DNA from: Candidatus Marinacidobacterales bacterium
GTDB taxonomy: Bacteria > Acidobacteriota > Vicinamibacteria > Marinacidobacterales > SMYC01
DNA length: 64,000 nucleotides
Assembly: GCA_965237955.1 (NCBI GenBank)
Contig: OZ250169.1
Location: 3,072,001 to 3,136,000 of the forward strand
Direction of reading: 5' to 3'
Shown here: positions 1-10,716 of the stretch, one piece after another
How positions within the stretch are numbered: position 1 is the stretch's first letter
Layout of the letters: every line of letters begins with the position of its first letter
Position numbers and translations under genes: made by a program
Notes under the pieces: generated by a model
The model's input: only the letters and a program-made list of their open reading frames with translations
What the model was told of the DNA's origin: nothing
The model's database searches: none

Positions 1-302
1 CGCCCCGCAGCCGATTTGAGCCGGCCGTGCGCACCCCCGGTGGGCCTGTCGCCCGCCACCCGCAGCCCAGGGGTCGGAAGCCAGCCCTGCGGCGCGAAAT
101 ACCCTGGATTCTGCGCGGATTCCAAGGGCGTCTAAGCTGCTGATTTGCGGTCTATTTCAAAAGGGCCGAGTTTTGGCTGTGCCTTCTATTTATTCATCCG
201 CGCCGACCCGAACCTGATCGGTCTCCGATCTGCCGGGACTATGCCTGCATGATTTCGTCGTTTGTTCGCGCTCGGCCCTGGGCACGGCCGCAAACACAGA
301 CT

Positions 303-356
303 CTAAGTTGCTGATTTATGGTCTATTTCAAAAGGGCTGAGTTTTGGCACAGGACG
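303..356. repeat. 54-bp dispersed repeat = left end of an rve-integrase IS (representative copy of 19)
   Basis: Consensus CTAAGCTGCTGATTTRTGGTCTATTTCAAAAGGGCCGAGTTTTGGCACAGGACG. Copies start at 132 (truncated), 303, 9889, 20284 (rev, partial), 20547, 29462, 30218 (rev), 30829 (partial), 31861, 37016, 44629, 45697, 47634, 49818, 50351, 56247, ~56567, 59704, 59930. The reverse complement starts CGTCCTGTGCCAAAAC, resembling the IRs of the element at 772-2119. Confidence 0.9.
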
Positions 357-771
357 CCATCGGCTCGACGGCAGCCGACCCAACGACCCTATCCTAAACT
401 TTGTCGCATCATAACTGTTCAGCCAAGCGATCGAACGCGTCGTCAACTCAGACTGACCTAGCTTCTCGCGGCAAACAACGCGTTCTTTCTCAAGCACGTT
501 ATTGCGTCGGTGGTCCGGCGGCGACAGTGTGCAGAATTCGAAGAAGGAGTTGACTCTGGACGACGTAGCCTAAATCAACTTAAAGGAACTGCGTGTCGGA
601 GAATTTCTCAACTTGTAGACGCCGCGGTGCCACTCCCGCGCCCTGCGCCTCGCTTTAGGTCCGCTGGTGTCGGGCGCGCGGCGAGGTCATCGCCTACCGT
701 CACAGTCCGCTCAAGGATTTCGAAGAACTCGATCCTCGGCCACAAGATACTCGTTGCGCAAGAGCAACTCC

Positions 772-2119
772 CGTCGTGTCCAAAAATACAAACGGACTCA
801 AGACCAGCTCGCCGGGACGTTTCGGAATAGACGTATCTACGCTTGATTGGCCAATGGGAGCTAGAATCCTCGGTCATGAGCACACCGGTCCAGCCCTTGA
901 CATTGTTGGTCGTCGCCATCGCTGGTTGGCTCCAGCGTGACCAACAGGCCGCTATGGTCTACTTGCTCGAGGAGAACAAAGTCCTCAAAGCTCGGCTTTG
1001 CGGGAGGAAGCTTCGTCTCACAGACGACGAGCGACGTCGGCTCGCGGTAAAGGGTAAGGCGCTTGGCCGGAAACTCTTGACAGAAGTCGCCGGTATCGTC
1101 ACACCGGAAACCTTGCTGGCTTGGCACCGAAGGCTCATTGCGCGGAAGTGGGACTACAGCGAGCGGCGGAAACAGCCCGGACGGCCCCGGGTCATGGTGG
1201 AGATTAGCGAGCTCGTGGTGGGGATGGCGACGTCGAATCCGAAGTGGGGGTATACACGCATTCGCGGCGCCCTCTCGAATCTCGGCTATACGGTAGCCAG
1301 GAGCACCAGCGCCAATATTCTGCGAGAACATGGCATCGAGCCCGCGCCGGAGCGAGGTGAGCGGACGCCGTGGCGCACGTTTCTCGCCGCCCATTGGGAA
1401 ACCGTTGCGGCGACCGACTTCTTCACCGTCGAGGTCGCCACAGTTCGCAGGCTCGTGACCTACTATGTGCTCGTCGTCATCGAGCTCTCTTCGCGAAAAG
1501 CGCACATTGCCGGAATCACTCCGGGGCCGGATGGCCCGTTCATGATGCAGGTCGGTCGGAATCTCACCGACCCATTCGACGGCTTTCTGCGCGGCAAGCG
1601 ATTCCTCATCCTGGACCGCGACAAGAAGTTCACCACGGAGTTTCGCGATTTGCTTGAGCACGCCGGAACGGACGTCATTCGGCTGCCGCACCGTTCGCCG
1701 AATCTGAACGCTTACGTCGAAAGGTTTGTTTTGTCGATCAAGAGCGAGTGCTTGGAGCGGATGATCTTCTTCAGTGAGCAATCGCTGCGCCGTGCCGTCG
1801 CTGAGTTCATCCATCATTATCACGGAGAGCGCAACCATCAAGGGCTCGGGAACGCGTTGCTCGAAGCGGAAGAATGCGTCGGCAGTCCTCACGAGAAGGT
1901 GCGATGTCGTAAGCGATTGGGCGGCTTGCTCAGCTATTACCACCGCGACGCCGCATAGGAGTTCGGGCGCGCCAGTTGGACGGAACGGATGGTCTGCAGG
2001 AGAGGTCTGCTCGGGGTCGCCTATCGCAGAGCCAGTACTGCGTCGGCTGGTCTCCGCGAGTTTTGAGAACGCCTCTAGGATTCGACCTTGCCGCTCCGTT
2101 CCCGTTTTCGGACAGGACG
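772..2119 (+). mobile_element. IS with single rve/integrase-core transposase (IS3/IS481-related, unclassified)
   Basis: Imperfect IRs CGTCGTGTCCAAAAATAC ... CCGTTTTCGGACAGGACG; degenerate second copy at 60159-61600 has the same boundaries; no TSD visible. Confidence 0.85.
876..1958 (+). CDS. Integrase-core (rve) DDE transposase, ~360 aa
   Basis: N-terminal LxEENxxL coiled coil, [16 protein letters not shown], catalytic motifs ATDFF / LILDRD / YVERFV, HYHGERNHQGLGN. Confidence 0.9.
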   Translation: MSTPVQPLTLLVVAIAGWLQRDQQAAMVYLLEENKVLKARLCGRKLRLTDDERRRLAVKGKALGRKLLTEVAGIVTPETLLAWHRRLIARKWDYSERRKQPGRPRVMVEISELVVGMATSNPKWGYTRIRGALSNLGYTVARSTSANILREHGIEPAPERGERTPWRTFLAAHWETVAATDFFTVEVATVRRLVTYYVLVVIELSSRKAHIAGITPGPDGPFMMQVGRNLTDPFDGFLRGKRFLILDRDKKFTTEFRDLLEHAGTDVIRLPHRSPNLNAYVERFVLSIKSECLERMIFFSEQSLRRAVAEFIHHYHGERNHQGLGNALLEAEECVGSPHEKVRCRKRLGGLLSYYHRDAA

Positions 2120-2419
2120 CCAGCGCATGGTCGTGGCGGCGAGGTTCCAGCGGCTAGTCATTAGCCAGGGCAACCAAAACGGACACCAAGTCGTCGTCGA
2201 ACGACGTCCTGTGCGGTGCCCACCCTCCGTGTCAACATCCCTCCGACGCGAAGGCCATACCGTGAATCCGAAGCGGGTCTACCGACTGTACCCGTGAGGT
2301 CAAAATACTCATCGTGGTGATGGTAGACGACGTACTCCCTAAGCGCATTGTGGATTCGAGCGGTCGTTGGAAAGGTGCAAACTACTGACCCGCTGGGCGT
2401 TCGAGTATTTTTACCAGAC

Positions 2420-2558
2420 GGGAACGGATACCCTGGAGGAGAGCTCTGCTCGGGCTCGCCTTTCGAAGACCCTGTGCCACGTCGGCGGGTCTCCGTGAAT
2501 TTCGGCAACCTCTCCAGGATTCTAGATTTCGGCTCCGTTCGCATTTTCGGACACGACG
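2420..2558 (+). repeat. Diverged second right end of the rve-IS family
   Basis: Colinear with 1982-2119 and ends TTTTCGGACACGACG; preceded by IS3-like and rve scraps (2120-2400). Confidence 0.7.
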
Positions 2559-2607
2559 CCTTGTCAGCACCGAATTGCTGAGCTACGACGTCGTACTAAC
2601 CGTGGCG

Positions 2608-3783
2608 TCAAGTCAATTGCTTGACTCGGACGACTGACGGCGGGTCAAGTACAAGCAGAGGATTTGGTTTGTTGTCCCAGTGGTCAGGGTCCAGATCTCT
2701 TTGGGACGCGAAGATTACGATTGATCGCCCATCCGCACAATGAGCGCTTGGGTAGACGATTCCGTCGATGTCGAAACTGCCATTGGCCAAGGACCGATGG
2801 CGGAAGTACTCTGTGAGGATCTGTGTCGGAACGTATTCGATGTGTTCTCTCCCGTCGTGTTCGACGGGCTGTGTAATGGCCCGCACGAACTCGCGAAGAA
2901 ACATCAAAGGATCTCTCTCGTCGCGAGGTATAGCAAAAATGCTGGGAACAGAGGGAAGCTTTGTCAGGTCCAGCACATAGAGTTCTCGCGTGTTAGTCCA
3001 TTCGGCGCAGGTCAGAATGTGCTCGCCAGCCGGGAGGTTTGCTGAGACCTCGGCTCGCGCCGTAGCCATGTCGAACGCAGCGTAGAACATGCTGATGCCG
3101 GCAGCGCTCATGCGGTTTGCAATAGCTTCGCTATCCGGCGGGGAGCCGAGAGACTGCCATGTGTTGCAGATTTCAGCTCGGCTGTGCGGGCGGACTCGAA
3201 AAAACCGCGTGGCCACTGGCAGCATTCCTACTAGATTGACCCTCGAAATGATGTCTCGGAGTTCGTCCAGCATTCGCGGAACGGGAATTGTTTCGGGGAA
3301 GTCTTCCTCTTGCTCCGTGGTGTCGAAGAAGTAACGAATCTTGTGTTTTACGGTGTTGCAGAAATCAGTCCAGCTAGCTGTGTAGCGGTCTACTCCGTTC
3401 AGGCGGTACATGTCCAGCTCGCACCACGTCTCATCTCCGATCGATTCGATAATTGCTTCGTTGACAGCCTCGCGGTGGCTCAGCTCGTCGAGGCGATAAG
3501 AGATCAATTCCGAGGTGTCCAATGTGTCACCTAAATAGCCCCCTTCCTCAGAGTCCCACCCGGCTTCGTTTACAGCGTGGTCGTAGTATTGAAAGATCGT
3601 GTCCTTGATGATCTCCATGAAAGTGTCGAATGGCACGCTGTGTCGCCCACGACGGTGACAGAAGGTGCATGGCGAAACGCTTGCTGCACGTTGAATTTGC
3701 TGTTTTAGATAGGGGTCGGAAACGCATTGCGAGCAGATCAGCTGTTCCGAAAAATGCCAGTCCTCTGCTTTGGAAATAGACAT
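2608..3783 (-). CDS. RES-domain protein with Zn-ribbon / HEPN-RES-associated N-terminal domain
   Basis: CxxC...CxxC N-terminus; RES motifs NRMSAAGISMFY, ARAE, EYVPTQILTEYFR, GIVYPS. Confidence 0.85.
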   Translation of the reverse strand: MSISKAEDWHFSEQLICSQCVSDPYLKQQIQRAASVSPCTFCHRRGRHSVPFDTFMEIIKDTIFQYYDHAVNEAGWDSEEGGYLGDTLDTSELISYRLDELSHREAVNEAIIESIGDETWCELDMYRLNGVDRYTASWTDFCNTVKHKIRYFFDTTEQEEDFPETIPVPRMLDELRDIISRVNLVGMLPVATRFFRVRPHSRAEICNTWQSLGSPPDSEAIANRMSAAGISMFYAAFDMATARAEVSANLPAGEHILTCAEWTNTRELYVLDLTKLPSVPSIFAIPRDERDPLMFLREFVRAITQPVEHDGREHIEYVPTQILTEYFRHRSLANGSFDIDGIVYPSAHCADGRSIVIFASQRDLDPDHWDNKPNPLLVLDPPSVVRVKQLT

Positions 3784-3797
3784 GTTATTAATTCATT

Positions 3798-4446
3798 GAG
3801 GTAAACCCCCGGCTCTGCCGGGGTGACTCCCAGAGGTTTGACCGTGTAAGGAAGTAGGAAAGAAAGTCCTCCTTGGAAAGCGCGAACTTCCAAACAAGGA
3901 GGACTACCAAGGTGAAAGAATACAAGAGCCTATCCCACACGGACGATGGGACTGCAAATATCACGTTGTGTTCATCCCGAAGTACCGAAGGAAGAAGATG
4001 TATGGTGCAATCAGAACGCATCTGGGAAAGATTCTCCACGAGCTGGCGAAACAAAAAGAGGCCCGGATTCTGGAGGGCCACTTGATGTCGGACCACGTCC
4101 ACATGTGCATCAGCATCCCACCGAAGTTTGCGGTGTCGAACGAGGTGGGGTTCATCAAAGGCAAGAGTGCGATCTCGGTGGCACGGAACTTCCGCGGACG
4201 CAGACGCAACTTCACCGGCGAAAGCTTCTGGGCACGCGGTTACTTCGTGTCGACCGTAGGCTTGGACGAAGAGATGGTCTGCAAGTACATTCGTGACCAA
4301 GAGCAGGAGGACCAACGTCTGGACCAGCTAAATATGGACTGGTCGGGCTCGTAGTTGGGGAGCAAGATCGCCCCCTTTAGGGGGCTCATGAACAGCCCCT
4401 TCGAGGGGCTCTTATGAATAGGCCCCCGGCTTTGCCGGGGGTCACT
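3798..4446 (+). mobile_element. IS200-type element (IS200/IS605 family, tnpA only)
   Basis: Subterminal hairpins CCCCGGC-TCT-GCCGGGG (~3807) and CCCCCGGC-TTT-GCCGGGGG (~4423) flanking tnpA; exact ends approximate. Confidence 0.85.
3912..4354 (+). pseudogene. tnpA: IS200 Y1 transposase, frameshifted near codon 11
   Basis: RBS AGGAGG, GTG start MKEYKSLSHT then a frame change to (R)WDCKYHVVFIPKYRRK; HuH motif DHVHM, FWARGYFVSTVG, catalytic KYIRDQ. Confidence 0.85.
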
Positions 4447-4459
4447 TTAACTTAATTAG

Positions 4460-5282
4460 AGTGGTAAGGCATAACGGATTGCCTTGCGCACGCGGTCCGT
4501 TGGGATGGCGTCTTCGGTGGCAATCTCCTCATAGGTTTTGCCTGCTTTGATTCGGTCGAGCCAGGAGAGAGCGTTTGGCAGTGGAGGTGTCCGCGACGGA
4601 ACGGCAACCCGCCTGTCCGGGTTCCATCCGCGGCGAAGCGTCGCTTGGTGCGCAGTCTCAGACGGTCCGCCTCGGCCTTCACCTGCCGGAGCGTTCCGTG
4701 CTTCCGGTACAGCGCATAGAGCGTCCGGACCGTTTCGGCCTCAGCCTCGTTGATGCGCAGCGTGCGCTCGTCCTTCTCATAGCCGAGCGGTACGCCGCCG
4801 CCTATCCATAGTCCCTTGCGCTTGGAGGCAGCGACCTTATCGCGGATCCGCTCGGCCGTGACCTCGCGTTCGAATTGTGCGAAGGACAGCAGCATATGCA
4901 GCGTCAGTCGTCCCATGCTGGTCGCGGTGTTGAAGGACTGAGTCACCGAGACGAAAACCGCGCCGGCCGCCTCGAGCCGTTCGACGAGCTTTGCAAAGTC
5001 GGAGAGGGAACGGGTCAGCCGGTCGACCTTGTAGAGCACGATCTGCTCGACGAGACCGGCGTCGATGTCGGCGAGCAAGCGCTGCAGGCCCGGGCGCTCC
5101 AGGGTTCCTCCCGAGAGCCCCGCGTCCTCGTAGACAGTCGGCAGCAGCACCCAGCCCTCCGCTTTCTGGCTCGCGACATACGCGGCGCAGGCTTCTCGCT
5201 GCGCATCGAGGGAGTTGAACTCCTGCTCGAGACCCTCTTCCGCGCTCTTTCGCGTATAGATGGCACAGCGGATTTTCTTCAT
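4460..5282 (-). pseudogene. Large serine recombinase, internally deleted copy
   Basis: N-terminal domain nearly identical to 42324-43985; at ~4576 it jumps from GHLHC to the C-terminal region, and is cut next to IS200. Confidence 0.85.
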
Positions 5283-5283
5283 G

Positions 5284-5715
5284 TTAGGCCTTGCGCTTGG
5301 GCGTCAGACCGAAAAAGCGTGGTCCTGACCAGTGGGTGCCGGTGATTCGCTTTGTGATGGCGGTGAGGGACGGATAGGTTTTGCCGTCGAACCGATAGCC
5401 GTTGTCGACTACCTCGACCTGGTAGGTCCGGCCATTCCACTCGCGGACGAGATGGGTGCCGGCAGAAACGGACCCTGCGGGAGCGGCGTTGCCTGGTGTC
5501 TCGTTCGCCATAGCGGCCAGAGCGCGCCGGGTTGCGGCCGAAAGCCCGCCATGGGTCCGGCACTGGCGTTCGTGCAAGAGAACGCGGCGCATGAAGATAC
5601 GCGAGAGCGAGCTTGGCGGAGCTGCCCCAAAGGTCTGCTCCCAGACCCGCCGCAAGCTGGCGAAGTCCAAACCGTCCAGAACGACGTTCCGCCCAACCCC
5701 TGTATCCTGCGGCAT
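5284..5715 (-). CDS. DUF2924-family protein
   Basis: GTHLVREWNGRTYQVEV, YPSLTAITKRITGTHWSGPRFFGL motifs; directly upstream of the recombinase. Confidence 0.85.
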   Translation of the reverse strand: MPQDTGVGRNVVLDGLDFASLRRVWEQTFGAAPPSSLSRIFMRRVLLHERQCRTHGGLSAATRRALAAMANETPGNAAPAGSVSAGTHLVREWNGRTYQVEVVDNGYRFDGKTYPSLTAITKRITGTHWSGPRFFGLTPKRKA

Positions 5716-5843
5716 CACCGAACGTTCGCTCTTGTGCTCGGTAAAGTCCAGTCTAATCAGAGACTTCCGGGTGCGCAGTTCACTGCCCGTAGCTCGCCCC
5801 GCAGCCGATTTGAGCCAGCCGTGCGCACCACCGGTGGGCCTGT

Positions 5844-6728
5844 TGCGTATTCCAGCCATCGTGAACGCCGAATCCAGAGCAAGCTGAACAGCGAATCCGG
5901 TGAAGCCGAACGCTCATCGAAGCGATGAAGTGTTGGGTGACCTCCTTTCCACTGATTGAAAACGTGAACCTATCTTACCTGCGTGTTGTGTAGCAAGGGG
6001 CGGCAGGTCGGTGCCGGAGGGAGCGGGCGTAAGGAAAGACGCGAAGCGACCTTCCCGCTCCCGTAGGCAGCGACCTGCCGCGGCCGAACCCCGGGCGATG
6101 TGGGGCTGGTTTCGGGGGGTTGCTGGGGTATGGCCTGGCTCGAGAAGACGCTTCCTGAGGCATTCTCGCGCGTCGTTTTGGCGCCGCATCGTCTGGTACC
6201 CCGGGTTTGGCGGTTTCACCCGTTTTTATCGCATCGACGCTGTGGTCCCTCGCTCGCTCATGCATCGGCGTTGTCAAATGCCTTTGGCGCAGCCTTGGTC
6301 TTTCTCAGAGAAGCTCCTTTGAGAGTGATGCGGTGCGCGCTGTGGAGAATGCGATCGCAGATAGCGTCTGCCTGGTTTGGGTCGCCAATCGCTTCGTGCC
6401 ACTGCTTGAGCGGAATCTGGGTCGCGATGAATGTGGAGCCACGCTCGGCGCGGTCTTCGATGACCTCCATTAGATCCCGTCTCTCCGATTCTTTCAGCGG
6501 GTGAAGCAGCCAATCATCGATAGCCAGTAAGTCCAGCTTGGCGAGTTTCGTCAAAAGCCGGGCGTAGGAACCATCACCACGAGCGACCGCGAGCTCGTGG
6601 AGCAAGCGCGGTGCTCGCACGTAGCATCCGGTGAAGCCGCGACGACAGGCCCGCTCCACGAAGGCGCAAGCCAAGAACGATTTGCCAATCCCCGTCGGGC
6701 CGGTGATGAGCAGGTTATGGCGCTCACC
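5844..6728 (-). mobile_element. istB: IS21 right-end remnant with 3' part of istB (6258-6728)
   Basis: Near-identical to 52721-53603 (reverse); terminus TGCGTATTCCAGCCATCGTGAAC at 5844; truncated by the IS5-family element at 6729. Confidence 0.9.
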
Positions 6729-7812
6729 GGCGTTGTTGCACCGCTCTGGCTGAGAGCGAAATCCGCCTATGGTGGTGGCCGAGGTATGTTCGAGCATGAA
6801 GTATCCCAAGCGCTGCCAGTACAAGCACGCGAAGCAGAAGAAGTACCACGTTCGCAACTGGGCGGAATACAACGAAGGGCTGCGCCGCCGGGGCGATTTG
6901 ACAGTCTGGTTTGACGAGGAGGCAATCGCGAACTGGAAGGCCGACAAGACCGGTAAGCCTGGCGGTCAACGGGTCTATTCAGACATGGCGATTGAAACGG
7001 GCCTGGTTGTCCGGATGGTGTACAAGCTCGCCTACCGACAAACCGAAGGCTTCTTGCACTCGATCGCCTCGCTTCTCGGGCTCGGTATCGAGATCCCGGA
7101 CTACTCGACGTTGTGTCGGCGCTCGAGGTTGCTCCGCAAGAAGCTGCGGATTCCGAAAGCCGCGAGCACTCAACCCATCCACCTGATGATCGATAGCACG
7201 GGCTTGAGGATTCATGTTGGAAACGCTCGCAAACCGCCAAAGCAGCGCGCATGGCGCAAGTTGCACATCGCCGTTGATCGCGAGACAGGGAACATTGTTG
7301 CGTCCGAACTGACGGCGTCACGAGCTCGCGACGCAACCCGAGTCCCCGCTTTGCTAACACAGATTCAAGCACCTCTAGTGTCGGTGGCGGCGGACAGTGC
7401 ATACGACAAGGAAGCGGTCTACGAAGCCATCGAAGCGCACAGTCCTGGACGAAGGACGCGCGTGGTGATTCCGCCACAACGAAACGCGACGCTCAGTCAG
7501 AATTCGAACACCGCCATGCAGGAGCGCGATCGCCATATTCGTGCAATCGAAAGACACGGCCGACGTGAATGGTACAAGCTCTCAGGCTACACCAAGCGAA
7601 GCATGGTGGAGAACGCGGTCTATCGTTACAAGGCGATCATCGGGCCGGAGATGCGGGCTCGAACGTTGGCGAGGCAACGAATTGAACACCGAATTGGGTG
7701 CGAGATACTCAACAAGATGGCTGCGCTCGGGATGCCCGATACGTACTGCGCCGGGTGACTCTGCAACCGGCACAGGGAGGTCAGCGATTTGCTCCGGCCG
7801 TGCAACAACGCC
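6729..7812 (+). mobile_element. IS5 family, IS903 group, copy 1
   Basis: IRs GGCGTTGTTGCAC ... GTGCAACAACGCC; ~1.08 kb; no 9-bp TSD. Confidence 0.9.
6796..7758 (+). CDS. IS903-group DDE transposase
   Basis: NWAEYNEGLRRRGDLTVW, IDSTGL, WRKLHIAVD, ADSAYD, YTKRSMVE (YREK-type) motifs. Confidence 0.92.
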   Translation: MKYPKRCQYKHAKQKKYHVRNWAEYNEGLRRRGDLTVWFDEEAIANWKADKTGKPGGQRVYSDMAIETGLVVRMVYKLAYRQTEGFLHSIASLLGLGIEIPDYSTLCRRSRLLRKKLRIPKAASTQPIHLMIDSTGLRIHVGNARKPPKQRAWRKLHIAVDRETGNIVASELTASRARDATRVPALLTQIQAPLVSVAADSAYDKEAVYEAIEAHSPGRRTRVVIPPQRNATLSQNSNTAMQERDRHIRAIERHGRREWYKLSGYTKRSMVENAVYRYKAIIGPEMRARTLARQRIEHRIGCEILNKMAALGMPDTYCAG

Positions 7813-8435
7813 GGTGAGCATGGCCAGTCCTCAAAACACGAAACAAAAATTCAGCTACCCGCCGTTGACTGGGCAGTAGCATGCCAACGAGTAGGCCGGT
7901 TCAGACCGAGTCAAATACTCGCAGCGTTGATTCGTGAGAGTGCGAGTTGGCAACAAGTCGGAAACGACGACAACGAGTTCAACGCAGGGTATAACGAAGA
8001 CTCACTGGTTTCCTCGCTCGACTCGTTAACTGCCACAACGGCGGGTCTTAGCCTGGGAAGCGAGGAAAAGATTCTGGCTCGAATAGTCGCATGCGCCGCC
8101 GCTGTTGGTGCAGTGGCTACTGTAGCTATCGCAATCGCTGCTTGGCTGTCACCCCCCTATCGTGCTACACGGCCAGGACAGGCCCTCGACCCACAGCAGA
8201 AAGGATGGGTGTGCCAGCTCCTGGGCTAGTGGACTGCCCTTGATAAACGTTTTTCGTTCGGCGGTTGTATTCCATATACATGCCCTTTGAAGGACGGCCG
8301 TTTCATCTTACCACCGGACAGCGTGATGACCTTGAGGAGATCGCCCCTTCGCACGGGTGGGGCCTGCGACAATTTGTGATCCGCAAAAAAGGAGATCGCG
8401 TATCAACAGGCAGACCGCCATGAGAGGGAAGTCCT

Positions 8436-8601
8436 GGTGCTTGCGCCATTTACTGTTGGTGATGTGTGCGCATCCCTTTGCAAAAGAGGCGCTTACGCTC
8501 CATTTAGCGCGCAGCGAAGGTCGCGAGCGCTATTTTGGCTGTAATTTAATGCACCATATAGTCTTAGCGTCATCTCACCAACACTTGATGGCGGAAGCAC
8601 C
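8436..8601. mobile_element. 166-bp MITE with IS1-family IRs
   Basis: GGTGCTTGCGCCAT ... TTGATGGCGGAAGCACC; same IR as the IS1-family element at 14457-15653; copies at 28835-29000 and partial ~20320-20385. Confidence 0.85.
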
Positions 8602-8715
8602 CGATGACGGATTCTCTCGATCGGTTTCTCGATGCTCGGCTCGCTCCGTCTCGTATGGGCAAGAATTCATCCTCGATCTGGCACTGTATCCGGAGTTGAT
8701 CGCACCTATGTGATA

Positions 8716-9228
8716 ATGAGAAGGATGATGCACATGGTGATAGACACAAGCGTATACAGGACCGATCCGAAGCGGAGCAGGGCAGGATTCCATGCGATCA
8801 CGCGTCTGGCCGTGGCCCAACGAATCCGAAACCATCTTCCCTATTATGTTCGTCAGGAAGTCCTGACGCAGCAAGCGGAACGTCTGTCGAAGGAATTCAA
8901 CAAAGCGATCAAATCATTAGAATCAGTTAAGAGGATAAGCGCGCGGAAGTCGACTGCTGACGTCATAAACCGAACGCTAGGTCAAATCAAGAAGCTAGCC
9001 AATGACGCGGCCGCAACTGCGTGCGAGGAACTAGACTCTTGGATTGAGAACACGCAGACGTTGAAGTACGAGTTCGATGAGCCATGGCAAGCGCGTCACG
9101 GATGCATACTTTGCAGGCGGAGAACCATTCAGTAGTCCGAAGCACAGGATGGATTTTCCAGACGCGTTCATCTACGAGTCGGTCAAGGATATTGCCGCTA
9201 AGCGTGGAACACTGCACGTGATTGTGGC
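8716..9228 (+). pseudogene. PIN-domain protein, frameshifted and truncated
   Basis: VIDTSVY, EV, then after a frame change at ~9077 EPF..K..DFPDAFIYES; cut by an IS3-type end at 9229. Confidence 0.65.
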
Positions 9229-9763
9229 TGCGGAACGTGTCAACAACTTTGAGACACCCGCGGACTGCATTTAGTGAGCCTCAATCAATGCAGTAAGACT
9301 CGTGGGCCCGGGGCGGTCACCGTCTGCGTGCGGCGAGATCTGGTCGCGTTGGCCTGAATCCGGGGGTACCCCAGGTGTGGACCACCTCGAGAAAGTGGCT
9401 CCGGCGGCCTCCTGGCGCGTCGTTTTCTCCGGCGGCGGGTTGATCCAGGCCTAAGGAGGCAAAACGGGGGGCTGTGGCATTCCGCGAACGAAGCGTTCGG
9501 GATGAGCCCGATGAGCTTCGAGGAGGATTTGGCGCCGGGCAGTGGTGAGCTGTTCCGCGAGACCATCGTGAACGGCGGCCGGTGTCATGAGGCCGATTCC
9601 CGCGTGCCGGCGTTCGTGATTGTAGTAGTCGAGGAAGCCGCCGCAGAACAGCCGGCCGTCTTCGATGGAACCAAAACGGCTCGGAAACTGAGGGCAATAC
9701 TTCAGAGTCTTGAACTGGGACTCGGAGTAGGGGTTATCGTTCGAGACGTAAGGTCTGGAGTGG
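9229..9763 (-). mobile_element. IS3-family 3' remnant
   Basis: Minus strand reads RPYVSNDNPYSESQFKTLKY...DYYNHE...GIGLMTP...AHPERFV; terminus TGCGGAACGTGTCAACAACTTTGAGACA at 9229. Confidence 0.75.
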
Positions 9764-9967
9764 GTGTGCCTTCTATTTATTCATCCGCGCGCCCCGAACC
9801 TGATCGGTCTCCGATCTGCCGGGACTATGCCTGCATGATTTCGTCGTTTGTTCGCGCTCGGCCCTGGGCACGGCCGCAAACACAGACTCTAAGTTGCTGA
9901 TTTATGGGCTACTTCAAAAGGGCTGAGTTTTGGCACAGGACGGGATCGATTTTTTGCGAAGCACAGC

Positions 9968-10705
9968 CTATCGTCGTGCTGCCTCTGCTGCTATGTGGCC
10001 TGCCAGTACGCTCGCAAAAGTCTGCAAACCCGTCATCTCGCTCAACTCTGAATATTTGCCGGTATTGGCCGCAGAGCGCGGGGAAACAATGAGCGACGCG
10101 GCAGTATAGAGCTGTTCCTGCACAAGCTTGCGGCACAAAATGTTGTAGCGCTCTGCGTACGATGCCCCTTTAAACTCCGGGAACACTGGGAAATGAGGCG
10201 ATACATCACGGACCGGCGACCGAGATTGCTCAGCATCTTCCATTAGCATCATCCAGCCGACGAACGGCCGGGATTGCTCGCCGAAAGCACCTTCCCGGTA
10301 AGCGGTCCAAAGATCGAGCGCGGTACCGATGGCCTCTTCGGTCCGGTTATTGCAATTGTTACCGAATGACGGCCCTACTTGGCTCTTGAACTCCAGGGCA
10401 GCAATAAGGCGGCCGTCGTTGACAACAAGCAAATCCCAAAGCTTGGTCGGACGAAAATAGCCTGGTAGCGTGACAACGCGGCGTTTCCTGTGAATGTCGG
10501 CATGGTCCAGACCGTTCGTGCGAACGATATCCATGACAAGAGCAACGAACCCGTCCATGTTTTTGCCAGCTGTCACGCCGGCACGCTCTCCCTGGTCAAC
10601 ATTTCCGGACCCGATTTGCTTTTGCCGCGCCTGCTCGCGGCTGATCCAGAAGGCCTGAACCGCCTTGCACGCCTTCTGTTCGTAATTTGAGAGGTCGATG
10701 GCCAT
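9968..10705 (-). CDS. PaeR7I/XhoI-family Type II restriction endonuclease
   Basis: [57 protein letters not shown] family motifs. Confidence 0.9.
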   Translation of the reverse strand: MAIDLSNYEQKACKAVQAFWISREQARQKQIGSGNVDQGERAGVTAGKNMDGFVALVMDIVRTNGLDHADIHRKRRVVTLPGYFRPTKLWDLLVVNDGRLIAALEFKSQVGPSFGNNCNNRTEEAIGTALDLWTAYREGAFGEQSRPFVGWMMLMEDAEQSRSPVRDVSPHFPVFPEFKGASYAERYNILCRKLVQEQLYTAASLIVSPRSAANTGKYSELSEMTGLQTFASVLAGHIAAEAARR

Positions 10706-10716
10706 GCGATTCCTTC

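Noticed and set aside
6258-6947. 229-aa ORF as a novel IstB fusion
   Set aside because: Chance in-frame join of IS903 antisense sequence to truncated istB.
6722-7819. Inverted 7-bp flanks GCTCACC / GGTGAGC around IS903-like copy 1 as extended IRs
   Set aside because: The left flank belongs to istB and other copies lack the extension; probably target preference or chance.
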